From positions 8,722-72,721 of the forward strand of contig JAOMOG010000004.1 in NCBI GenBank assembly GCA_028353405.1: a DNA stretch of 64,000 nt. The letters are read 5' to 3'. This stretch comes from Candidatus Poseidoniaceae archaeon. Its GTDB lineage: Archaea > Thermoplasmatota > Poseidoniia > Poseidoniales > Poseidoniaceae. Positions 56,153 through 64,000 of the stretch are shown one piece after another. Positions within the stretch are counted from its first letter, which is position 1. Every line of letters begins with the position of its first letter. The notes below the pieces were generated by a model that searched no databases, was not told the origin of the DNA, and saw only the letters and a program-made list of their open reading frames with translations. A program made the translations under genes and the position numbers.

Positions 56153-59100
56153 ATGAGTGAGTCAGCAACTGTTAGGAAAATTATTTTCCTTAGTATTATT
56201 TTACTTATTTCATCACTCTCTCCGATGTTTATTGATTCATCAACTTTAGAATCAGAAAAGACTTCACAAGTCAGTCAGATTGTTGATGTTAGCACTTTCT
56301 CCAGCGGCTCATCGACTGAAACAATAATGGCCGATATGGGTGGTTCTGCTGCTTTTCTTCATCAGGGAGGACATCGTTTGCTCAATGCAAGCGTTGGAGT
56401 AGAAGTGTTACCATATTCTTCAACTCAAACGATGTATCACAATATGGTAAACGCTCAAACGCTTGGAACGCTAAACAACACTTCCGTAACTCCAGTAGGG
56501 GTTGAACTAACAAATGCAAATACTGGGCCGCCAGGCTCTGGAAATAATTCAACGACTATCCTAACCGCAGTGCAATGGTCAGGTACTCATAGTTATGACA
56601 CTCTGGATATACGTTGCGGAATTCAAGCTTGTGGCTCAATAACTGCTACTGGAAGTTTGACTATTATCGTTAAAACCTTGGTTGTTGCGGCGGGAACTAC
56701 AATTTCAGCAAATGCACTCAGTTCTGGGGGCATTGGTGTAGGAGGCTCAGTATCTGCAACATCTAGTGGATACAGCGATGGCGGCGGCGGTGCTGGCCAT
56801 GGCGGTAGTGGAGGTAGTGGCGGTGGAGGCACTGGAACAGGAGGGTCCACATATGGCAATGCTACCGAAGCAGGTTCTCAAGGTGGCTCAGTAACAAGTT
56901 CAAACCACGCTACTGCAATCGGAGGAAGTGGCGGTGGATATATCACAATAATTGCCAGCCAAATTGATGTCAACGGTACTATTCAATCCAATGGAGGAAA
57001 TGGTGCTGCTGGACAAGCGATTACGGGTGGTTCTGGACCGGGTGGCTCAGGTGCTGGAGGTGGAAGTGGTGGTTCAATTTTCATTAAAGCAAATACAGTA
57101 AATATCGGTCAAAATGGTATTATTGAAGCACTTGGCGGAGATGGCGGAGATGGTGCCAGTAGTTTCTGTACAGGGGCCTGTATCGGCTTTTTCCATGGCG
57201 GAGATGGCGGTGGCGGCGGCGGTGGCGGCCGTATTAGCATCATGACTCAAATTTCAAATTTGAATAATCAAGGAACTATTTCTGTTTCCGCTGGTAGCGG
57301 TGGTAGTGGAGGCCAACCATATGGAAGCGGTTCAACTGGGGCGTCAGGTTCTTCAGGGTCAACTGGAGTCAGCAGTTCCTCAACTTGGGCTGGTTACATA
57401 ATTACAAGTGGAGTGAATATTGATGATGGAACTTTCATTACTGATCCATGGTCACCAAATGGTGGACAGATTATTGATGGATGGGTAAATCATACTTCAA
57501 CAATTCCAGTAAATTCAAGTCTAATATTCACCTATAGATATACAATTTCGGGCTTAGCAAATAATACCTCTACTGGTTGGAGTGATTGGAATATAGGAAA
57601 TATATCTTCTCAAATATTACCGCGATTAACCGCCTTACAATTTTCTTATCAATTCAATCGTACTGATACTCTCTCACCTGCATTGAGTGACTATTCATTA
57701 TACTGGGATGACGCACATGTTCTCAATAATCTAGAGATGACGATGCCAGGTGGAAGCACGCTTTTGGGGCCTATTTCACAATCGATAGGTTACTCTGATT
57801 ATGCTACCACAGTAAGCAATTTTAATTCACATACAGTTAATATTTCAGTTCCAACATCTTCAATTCCAACATCATCCCTCAATTTATGGATAGATTGGCC
57901 AATTAATTCTGCCACAGATACAATTGATGTGATGTTGGGTAGTTCAACAATTTATTCCGGGGCTATGGATTCACAATTAGGAGGAGTTGATGTAGAATTT
58001 ACAACTCAACAATTAATCAATGCATGGCCGAGCAGTGGGACGATTGGAACAGATGGAATTGAAATGAGTCAACTCGTATTCAACATTTCAACAACGATGG
58101 TAGTACAATTGGATGCTAAACATCCGCAAATGTCTTGGTCTTGGACGCATAATTTAGATTTGAAATCAAGCCTAACACAGTATGCATTTACTTCTTGTAA
58201 TGATTGGTACAGTGCAACATCATCATGTTTACCGTATTACCTCTTACAAGTTTCAGGAGATACAGTTCCATTTAACTTCCAAAACTATGAGGTGACACTC
58301 AGCAACTTATCCGTTCAATGGATCGACGATATTGCCCCTCAACTATCTTCAGTAGACCATAGAATCTCAGGAAATATCGGACAATTTATTCGCACTGGAG
58401 ATACATTTGCAGTTACTCTTGGCGATGTAATCGGAGAGACAACTCTCTCAGGTTCAGCGTGGATACACCAAGGTGATAGTACCAAACCTGCAACAACTAA
58501 TTCGATAACCTATTTTTCTAGTCTGGGAAGATATTACACTACTTTTGACTCCAGTCAATATGACCCCTTAATCACAACTCAACACTATATTGCACTAGAG
58601 TTAATCGATGAACACGACAATGTGCTATTCGTTGAGCAAGCCTATTCATTTGAAATCGGCCCGACCTTCCCATCTGTCACTTCAATAGCGATGACAGCAG
58701 CGAATAATAGCCATAGTGCAATATTAGAATCTGAAATTTCTAGTTCTTGGGAATTAGATGATGATGGATTCATTTTTTCAGTTACTTCTCTTCACAATAG
58801 AAGTGATTTATTAGCATCGGTTACCTTATCACCTTCACATGAAGACTCGCCAATAATACTTAATTGGGATCAAAACGAAAGCGCCTATACAGCACATTGG
58901 GCTCCAGACCATAATGATTTGAAGACATGGCAATTGGAGGTTGACCTCTCGGAGAAAGATGGACAGATGGCTGAAGATTTGGACGGTTATCAGAATGGTG
59001 TTGATTACTCTTTTAGCCTAGTAGATGTCACTGGACCAGTATTAACGGCAATCAATCACGATGAAATCATATCAATTGGTGATGAACTATTAGTGCAACT

Positions 59101-60325
59101 AGAATGGTTGAGTGACCCATCCGAATTGGTAAATGGTTATGTTATTACATCATTCAATGGTAGTTCGGTAGCAAATCAAACAATTTCTCCAATCAATACA
59201 GGAATGTCTTCAGTTCTATTACAAACAACAGGTTGGGAGATTGGATTTTATCAACTTACAGCTTTTCTCTTTGATGAATATGGAAATCCAAGTCAATCTG
59301 CCTTCAACCCATCAATGTTTGAAATTATTCCGTTGACACCTCTTGTTTCGGGCGATATTAATGGATGGGAATTCGATTCAAATAATTTGAATTTAACAAT
59401 ATCAGGACAACATCAATTCCGTTTCACACAAGGGCTGGTCACGATTATGAGTGCAGGCACTACCCTACTTGACAACCACTCAGTTCAAGATGGAGCTTGG
59501 TCATTGGAGGTATCATTATCCTCAATATTACAAGAGATGATCGAAGTACAAGTTAGGGTCTGTGATGCAACTGATAATAACCAATGTGAACAATATTCTA
59601 ATACGATAAATGCATCTTCAGCAATCGAATTCATTGTGGATATTCAGTGTACTGAAGCGGCACAACCGTTCCAAATGAATACAACTGAGATTCTGGTCAA
59701 CTGTATTATAAATAATCCAAATGGAACTTATCCAATGCAGGTTATTCTAACGGCATTGCAAGCGACATCATTGATTCAAGACAGTACATCAGAGGGAGAA
59801 CTTCCAGCCCAAGGGCAACTTGAACTATCTCTTCTAATAAATACAGGATTTGAAGAAGGAACCTGGAGTCAACCTTGGGTTCTCTCTATTACCGATCGTA
59901 TTGGGGAAGTTTCGGTTTTGAACCAATCTTCAACATCGTTCACAGTTATTGCAGAACAACTGGATGAGAATAAGACCCAAAAAACTACTGAAGGCGAGGC
60001 AGAATCTTCAACGATTATGACTGGAATAGTAGTAGCCATAATCGCAGTAATCGCTATCATCGGTACAATCGGATTCTTGAAACTAAGGAAAGCAGAGGAA
60101 GTTCAAGATGATACAAAAAACTTCACTTCAGAATTTGACCAAGTACATCAACCAGTAGAGCAAGAAATTGTTGAACAACAACCTGCTCAACCATTCACCC
60201 CTGCGATTGACGCTATTCCAACATCAACTGATGAATCCGGATATGAATGGTTCACTGAGGAAAACGGAACCAATTGGTATCGTCTACAAGCAAGCGGTAG
60301 TGAATGGTATTTACATCAACCTTGA
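56153..60325 (+). CDS. Giant (1390 aa) surface protein: signal peptide, Gly-rich beta-helix-like repeat region, long beta-rich ectodomain, C-terminal TM and cytoplasmic tail
   Basis: The N-terminus is KIIFLSIILLISSLSPMF. Aa 195-400 or so carry repeats of the form GG.GG.I.I.A..I.V.G.I..NGG.G. The TM is IMTGIVVAIIAVIAIIGTIGFL near the C-terminus, followed by an 80-aa tail. Confidence 0.8.
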   Translation: MSESATVRKIIFLSIILLISSLSPMFIDSSTLESEKTSQVSQIVDVSTFSSGSSTETIMADMGGSAAFLHQGGHRLLNASVGVEVLPYSSTQTMYHNMVNAQTLGTLNNTSVTPVGVELTNANTGPPGSGNNSTTILTAVQWSGTHSYDTLDIRCGIQACGSITATGSLTIIVKTLVVAAGTTISANALSSGGIGVGGSVSATSSGYSDGGGGAGHGGSGGSGGGGTGTGGSTYGNATEAGSQGGSVTSSNHATAIGGSGGGYITIIASQIDVNGTIQSNGGNGAAGQAITGGSGPGGSGAGGGSGGSIFIKANTVNIGQNGIIEALGGDGGDGASSFCTGACIGFFHGGDGGGGGGGGRISIMTQISNLNNQGTISVSAGSGGSGGQPYGSGSTGASGSSGSTGVSSSSTWAGYIITSGVNIDDGTFITDPWSPNGGQIIDGWVNHTSTIPVNSSLIFTYRYTISGLANNTSTGWSDWNIGNISSQILPRLTALQFSYQFNRTDTLSPALSDYSLYWDDAHVLNNLEMTMPGGSTLLGPISQSIGYSDYATTVSNFNSHTVNISVPTSSIPTSSLNLWIDWPINSATDTIDVMLGSSTIYSGAMDSQLGGVDVEFTTQQLINAWPSSGTIGTDGIEMSQLVFNISTTMVVQLDAKHPQMSWSWTHNLDLKSSLTQYAFTSCNDWYSATSSCLPYYLLQVSGDTVPFNFQNYEVTLSNLSVQWIDDIAPQLSSVDHRISGNIGQFIRTGDTFAVTLGDVIGETTLSGSAWIHQGDSTKPATTNSITYFSSLGRYYTTFDSSQYDPLITTQHYIALELIDEHDNVLFVEQAYSFEIGPTFPSVTSIAMTAANNSHSAILESEISSSWELDDDGFIFSVTSLHNRSDLLASVTLSPSHEDSPIILNWDQNESAYTAHWAPDHNDLKTWQLEVDLSEKDGQMAEDLDGYQNGVDYSFSLVDVTGPVLTAINHDEIISIGDELLVQLEWLSDPSELVNGYVITSFNGSSVANQTISPINTGMSSVLLQTTGWEIGFYQLTAFLFDEYGNPSQSAFNPSMFEIIPLTPLVSGDINGWEFDSNNLNLTISGQHQFRFTQGLVTIMSAGTTLLDNHSVQDGAWSLEVSLSSILQEMIEVQVRVCDATDNNQCEQYSNTINASSAIEFIVDIQCTEAAQPFQMNTTEILVNCIINNPNGTYPMQVILTALQATSLIQDSTSEGELPAQGQLELSLLINTGFEEGTWSQPWVLSITDRIGEVSVLNQSSTSFTVIAEQLDENKTQKTTEGEAESSTIMTGIVVAIIAVIAIIGTIGFLKLRKAEEVQDDTKNFTSEFDQVHQPVEQEIVEQQPAQPFTPAIDAIPTSTDESGYEWFTEENGTNWYRLQASGSEWYLHQP

Positions 60326-60457
60326 TCGTTTCTAATCAGTGTTGCTTCAATTCAAGTTGACCACTTGAGGCCGAACCTTTTTGCAAATTGTAAATAAGTT
60401 GCCTAGCGGTGGCGTTACTGCGAGCAAAGTTTTATTGAAAGCGATAAGAAAAAAGGA

Positions 60458-61504
60458 GTGATATATTTGAATGCAGATTATGATATTGTTATCGATGGTT
60501 CAAATTTGATTAATCATTCTGAAAAAGGTGTAACTAAACTAATACCAAGCCGTTTAATCAAAGCGATTCGTAAAGTGGAATTACTCGGATATACTCCCCT
60601 AACTTGCATTGATAGGTCAACATATAGTCAAGCAAAAAAGAAAAAGAAACCCCTTGAAGGTAGTATCGAAGATTTTGCAAAGTTAATCGATGAAGAGGGT
60701 ATGCGATTTATGAATCGTGACGATGAAATGATCGACCATGCATTGCAGCGTGGAGCATTAATATTAACCAATGACAGATTTAGAAAATGGAAAGATGGAA
60801 CTGAAAAAACCAAACTAGAAATCGATTGGGATCTGGTTGATGAAAACTTAGTTCAGTGGTGGTTTGAGGATGAATTCTTCATGCCAGAATTATTAAAAAA
60901 ATCCTCACAGTCATCAAAGAGAATAGGAAAAGCACCCATTAATAGTGCGAGAAGGTTGGCGAATAGTAATTCAAATAAAAACATACGAAAGAAAAAACGA
61001 AGTATGTTTATCAAGGTACTAGATTTAATATTTGATAATAATAAAAAAGCCCAAAAACCACAACAAAAGGCTAAAAAGCAGCAAAATAAAACTAAATCAA
61101 AACCTCAAGCCCCTAAAAAATCCCAGGCTAAACCGCAACAAAAGAAGGCTAAGCCTCAAGATCAAAAGACTGCAAGCAAAGAAAAGAAACCAAATCCGAA
61201 GCAGAGCAAAAAGTCAAAACAAGTGAAGAATACTTCATCAGATATAGCTAATTTCAAATCTAAAATATTGGAAATACTTCCGGAGAGAAAAATTTCAATA
61301 GCCGGTCTTGCTACAATTATTAACAAACAGATGGTAGCTGCGGGTATTGAAAAGAATCCAACTACAGAGTTTCTCAAACAATACAAACTTCCGAAAGGAT
61401 TGAAAAAAGCCATCGTTACTCACATGAGTGATGAAGTTATTGTTACTGGAACGGGGCCAAAATTCTTAATTGAAAAGAAAAGTAAAGCCGATGAAAAGGC
61501 TTGA
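60458..61504 (+). CDS. Zc3h12a/NYN-type PIN-like ribonuclease domain, K/Q/P-rich linker, LOTUS(OST-HTH)-like C-terminal domain
   Basis: The N-terminal YDIVIDGSNLINHS...GALILTNDRFRKW is NYN-like. Aa 195-257 read KKAQKPQQKAKKQQNKTKSKPQAPKK.... The C-terminal region is ILEILPERKISIAGLATIINKQMVAAGIEKNPTTEFLKQYKLPKGLKKAIV. The start is GTG at 60458 or TTG at 60467 (AAGGAG upstream). Confidence 0.65.
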   Translation: MIYLNADYDIVIDGSNLINHSEKGVTKLIPSRLIKAIRKVELLGYTPLTCIDRSTYSQAKKKKKPLEGSIEDFAKLIDEEGMRFMNRDDEMIDHALQRGALILTNDRFRKWKDGTEKTKLEIDWDLVDENLVQWWFEDEFFMPELLKKSSQSSKRIGKAPINSARRLANSNSNKNIRKKKRSMFIKVLDLIFDNNKKAQKPQQKAKKQQNKTKSKPQAPKKSQAKPQQKKAKPQDQKTASKEKKPNPKQSKKSKQVKNTSSDIANFKSKILEILPERKISIAGLATIINKQMVAAGIEKNPTTEFLKQYKLPKGLKKAIVTHMSDEVIVTGTGPKFLIEKKSKADEKA

Positions 61505-61520
61505 TGCCATCTAATAATCC

Positions 61521-63971
61521 TCAATTGGATAAGTCCTTGATCTTCTCGATGAGGTCCATTTGACGAAGTCGCCATACGCCAATAGGCGTCATAGCCACAG
61601 CAATAGCAAGAACACCACCCATCAATTGGTAGGCAACACTTGGGACAATGGTGACTGGAACGAAGAACTGCCAAGATGAGAACGAGGCCGCTAATCCAAC
61701 TGCTCCACCGTATGCAAACAAAACTCCGACTAAACCGCCGATAATACCGATGAGTAGACTCTCAAACAGAAGCATCAGACCAAGACTACGGGTCGAGGCA
61801 CCAAGCACTCGTAAAGTCGCCAATTCGAAATCACGTTCTGCAACATTCATGACCATTGTATTGAACATCACAACAATGGTAAACAAGAGTCCAAGATACA
61901 TCATAGTCTGGAAAATTTGGGTCTGTTGCTCAAGTATACTGTTAATACCATCAAGCAAGGTTTGGCGTTGGACGACACCTGTTGAAACTTCACCTAAATC
62001 TGAGTCAACTTCAATGCCTTCTGGGAGTTCTAGGTAAACTGAAGTTGCGTTGACACCAAGAATTTCACTCAAATCACCGCGGACAAAATACATCGTTCGG
62101 ACCAGTTCTGCTGTTGCAGTTCCAACGATTTCAACATCGTGTGGTGCGCCATTGATGTGCACTGTTTGTTGTTCTCCGACATTCCATCCAAGGAATCGCA
62201 TGCCTCCCTCTTCCATCACAACTTGAGTGACAGCCATGTTGCTGGAGGGGGCATTTCCATCCAGAAGAGATATGGCACGCATTCCACTTTGGAATGAGTC
62301 AAGGCCTACAACGGTAAACGTTCGTTCAATGTCATCGGCATCGGTAACTGAACCAAGTGGCATTTCAATGATCATTTCGTGATTGGCAGAATTGTTCTCT
62401 GCCCAATCGATAACAGGTTGTTCTCCATCTGGCATGATGTAGACTTGTACATCCCATGTTTGGTCGTTTTCAAGGCCACCAACCATCGTTTCTTGCAATC
62501 CTGCTGACATCATTTGAATCGAACCAAACAGCATCAGAGATATACCAACAGCAACAAAAGTCATCGTAAGTCGAATGGGTTTGCGAACGCTTGAACGAAT
62601 CGAAAGACCTAGCGTTGTTGGCATCCATGAGGTGATTTTTCGGAGTATATTTGAACCAACGCGCATTTCATTTTGCCCACTCAACACCTCAAGTGGTTCA
62701 AGGCGACTGGCTTTCCATGCAGGGAATGCGCCAGAAAGGAACACGACAAACATAGTTGAGCCAATGACGGTAAGGTAGACTGAAGATGGCACGGTGCGCA
62801 CAATGATTGGCATGCCGACGAGGTCTTGATAGAAATCCAGCATTCCGTTCATACCCCAAGGCCCTGCTAAAGCACCGAGTGTACAACCAATTCCTCCAAT
62901 GACCAGAGGTGCAACAAGATAGCCGGCCATGAGCGATGAGCGCTCGACTCCAAGCGTTCGTAAGACTGCGATTTCCTTGGATTGACTTTGTACCAAACGT
63001 TGTAAACTCAATACAATGGTGATAGAGGCGATTGAAGCGATCATCACAGTAAAGGGTACGGTTGTTCGCTTGGTTCCTTCCAAATCTTGTCGCATAACTT
63101 CGACAGGTTCATTCTGTCCTCGGTCTCGTACGCGTGCATCCAATTCTGTAGATTCAAGAGAAATATCAACCAGTTGTTTGACTGCATCGATTTCTTCGCC
63201 TTCATACTCTTGGGTATCGGGTAAATCGTATGATGGCGTGCCTTCAACATCCAAAACAATCGTGTTACTTGTGCCAACAACATCACCAGTGAGTCGGGCC
63301 ATTCCAGAATCAGAAAGGTAGCCTACAACATATTGACCAGGTTCTGGCGGGAACAGTGTGCCTTCAGGAGCCATAATCACATGTAGAGGGTGGTAACCAG
63401 TTCCAACAACAGTGAAAGAAGCACTCGTATTTCCGGCACTGATATTCACCGTATCTCCGAGCTCGATTTCAAGAGATTCAGTGACGTGGGCATCGATAAC
63501 AATTTCATCTGCAGCAATCGCAGTTCGACCTTCTGAATGTCCTTCAGGCATCCATACGCGATCAGTATTTGCATCTGCAGGAATACCGTGCCAGAAAGAA
63601 TTGATGATGTGCTCTCCGGTGTCATTGGTGTGGAACATCGCACCTTGGGTAACGGTGCGTCCTTCGCATGAATCAAGAGATAATGATGTGACGGTGTTTG
63701 ATGCCCATGTCGATGCCAATGAATCGCAGAAAGCATCAACTTGGCTTGGACTCCAAGTTGCACTGCGGTTATCAATCCAAATATCTGCAAGATTGGCACT
63801 GCCATCCTCATCAGCTTGCATGGTATCGTACATGCCACCAAGATTATGCGCATAGCCTCCAAAGGTAATGCCAGCAAAGACGCCAACAAACACCATCAAA
63901 ACAACAGCAACAAGCCGGAGTTTTGTACGCCAAAGGCTTCGTGCCAAGCGCTTATTGAGTAATCTAGACAT
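61521..63971 (-). CDS. ABC transporter permease, MacB/FtsX type with two 4-TM modules and large extracytoplasmic domains
   Basis: 816 aa from the ATG at 63971 (MSRLLNKRLARSLWRTKLR), with GGAGGTG 6 nt upstream. Two FtsX-like TM bundles lie mid-protein and at the C-terminus. The track start at 63989 is a TTG. Confidence 0.8.
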   Translation of the reverse strand: MSRLLNKRLARSLWRTKLRLVAVVLMVFVGVFAGITFGGYAHNLGGMYDTMQADEDGSANLADIWIDNRSATWSPSQVDAFCDSLASTWASNTVTSLSLDSCEGRTVTQGAMFHTNDTGEHIINSFWHGIPADANTDRVWMPEGHSEGRTAIAADEIVIDAHVTESLEIELGDTVNISAGNTSASFTVVGTGYHPLHVIMAPEGTLFPPEPGQYVVGYLSDSGMARLTGDVVGTSNTIVLDVEGTPSYDLPDTQEYEGEEIDAVKQLVDISLESTELDARVRDRGQNEPVEVMRQDLEGTKRTTVPFTVMIASIASITIVLSLQRLVQSQSKEIAVLRTLGVERSSLMAGYLVAPLVIGGIGCTLGALAGPWGMNGMLDFYQDLVGMPIIVRTVPSSVYLTVIGSTMFVVFLSGAFPAWKASRLEPLEVLSGQNEMRVGSNILRKITSWMPTTLGLSIRSSVRKPIRLTMTFVAVGISLMLFGSIQMMSAGLQETMVGGLENDQTWDVQVYIMPDGEQPVIDWAENNSANHEMIIEMPLGSVTDADDIERTFTVVGLDSFQSGMRAISLLDGNAPSSNMAVTQVVMEEGGMRFLGWNVGEQQTVHINGAPHDVEIVGTATAELVRTMYFVRGDLSEILGVNATSVYLELPEGIEVDSDLGEVSTGVVQRQTLLDGINSILEQQTQIFQTMMYLGLLFTIVVMFNTMVMNVAERDFELATLRVLGASTRSLGLMLLFESLLIGIIGGLVGVLFAYGGAVGLAASFSSWQFFVPVTIVPSVAYQLMGGVLAIAVAMTPIGVWRLRQMDLIEKIKDLSN

Positions 63972-64000
63972 AAAAACACCTCCAATCAAGCTTCTTCTGA

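Noticed and set aside
56735-57353. Short GGTGG/GGCGG-rich periodic DNA that superficially resembles a tandem repeat or CRISPR-like array
   Set aside because: It lies in frame within a long ORF and encodes Gly-rich protein repeats. There are no constant-length repeat/spacer units.
63412-63889. Two overlapping 147-aa ORFs (plus and minus strands, alternative frames)
   Set aside because: Both fall inside the 816-aa ABC permease gene, whose frame is continuous with FtsX-type TM modules.
63986-64000. The last 15 nt of the window read on the minus strand as ...S-E-E-A-stop, followed by GGAGGTG and the permease ATG. This is probably the 3' end of the partner ABC ATPase gene.
   Set aside because: Only 4 codons are visible, which is too little sequence to support a feature call.

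Overview
This window reads as an ordinary chromosomal segment of an archaeon. It holds about 65 protein genes and one tRNA-Leu. I saw no rRNA, CRISPR array, transposase, integrase or recognisable defence island.

Archaeal identity follows directly from gene content:
- the conserved L21e-RpoF(Rpo4)-DUF655-KsgA cluster (16.5-18.9 kb)
- Pus10
- the SecE-Spt5-L11-L1-P0-P1 cluster (32.2-35.9 kb)
- FtsZ
- PGF-CTERM sorting tails

Several features together resemble a planktonic marine heterotrophic euryarchaeote (Marine Group II/III-like): GGAGGTG-type ribosome-binding sites, membrane-anchored M14 and M28 peptidases plus an M24 peptidase, an NSS amino-acid symporter translationally coupled to the M14 carboxypeptidase, fasciclin/cupredoxin surface proteins, and a 1390-aa glycine-rich surface protein. 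That taxonomic reading is inference only and cannot be verified here.

Other clear content:
- Metabolism and repair: phosphoglycerate kinase, an MTA/SAH-deaminase-like amidohydrolase, ExoVII (XseAB), HisRS, phosphohexomutase, UppS
- Transport: CorA, an RND/MMPL exporter, MscS, a MacB/FtsX-type ABC permease
- Copper cluster: Cys-rich ORF, CopA, CopZ
- RNA metabolism, chaperone and redox: RNase R, a DnaJ/CbpA-like protein, peroxiredoxin with a thioredoxin-like partner, 2Fe-2S ferredoxin

I do not see a convincing novel multi-gene system. The unusual signals are domain architectures and non-coding structure. The strongest are:
1. An L11 gene that encodes only the C-terminal domain.
2. Spt5 with a roughly 135-aa degenerate Nudix-like N-terminal domain.
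3. Pus10 with an inserted basic tract plus a SAP motif.
4. A protein that looks like a tandem, internally split histone fold.
5. A Zc3h12a/NYN-type RNase fused to a K/Q/P-rich linker and a LOTUS-like C-terminus.
6. A 12-Cys small ORF upstream of copA, preceded by a 12-bp inverted repeat that brackets the TATA box.
7. A GC-rich, hairpin-dense 220-nt non-coding stretch downstream of the stalk protein gene.
8. Repeated hairpin and inverted-repeat elements around a cluster of small membrane ORFs.

All domain calls were made by eye from motifs. No database search was possible.
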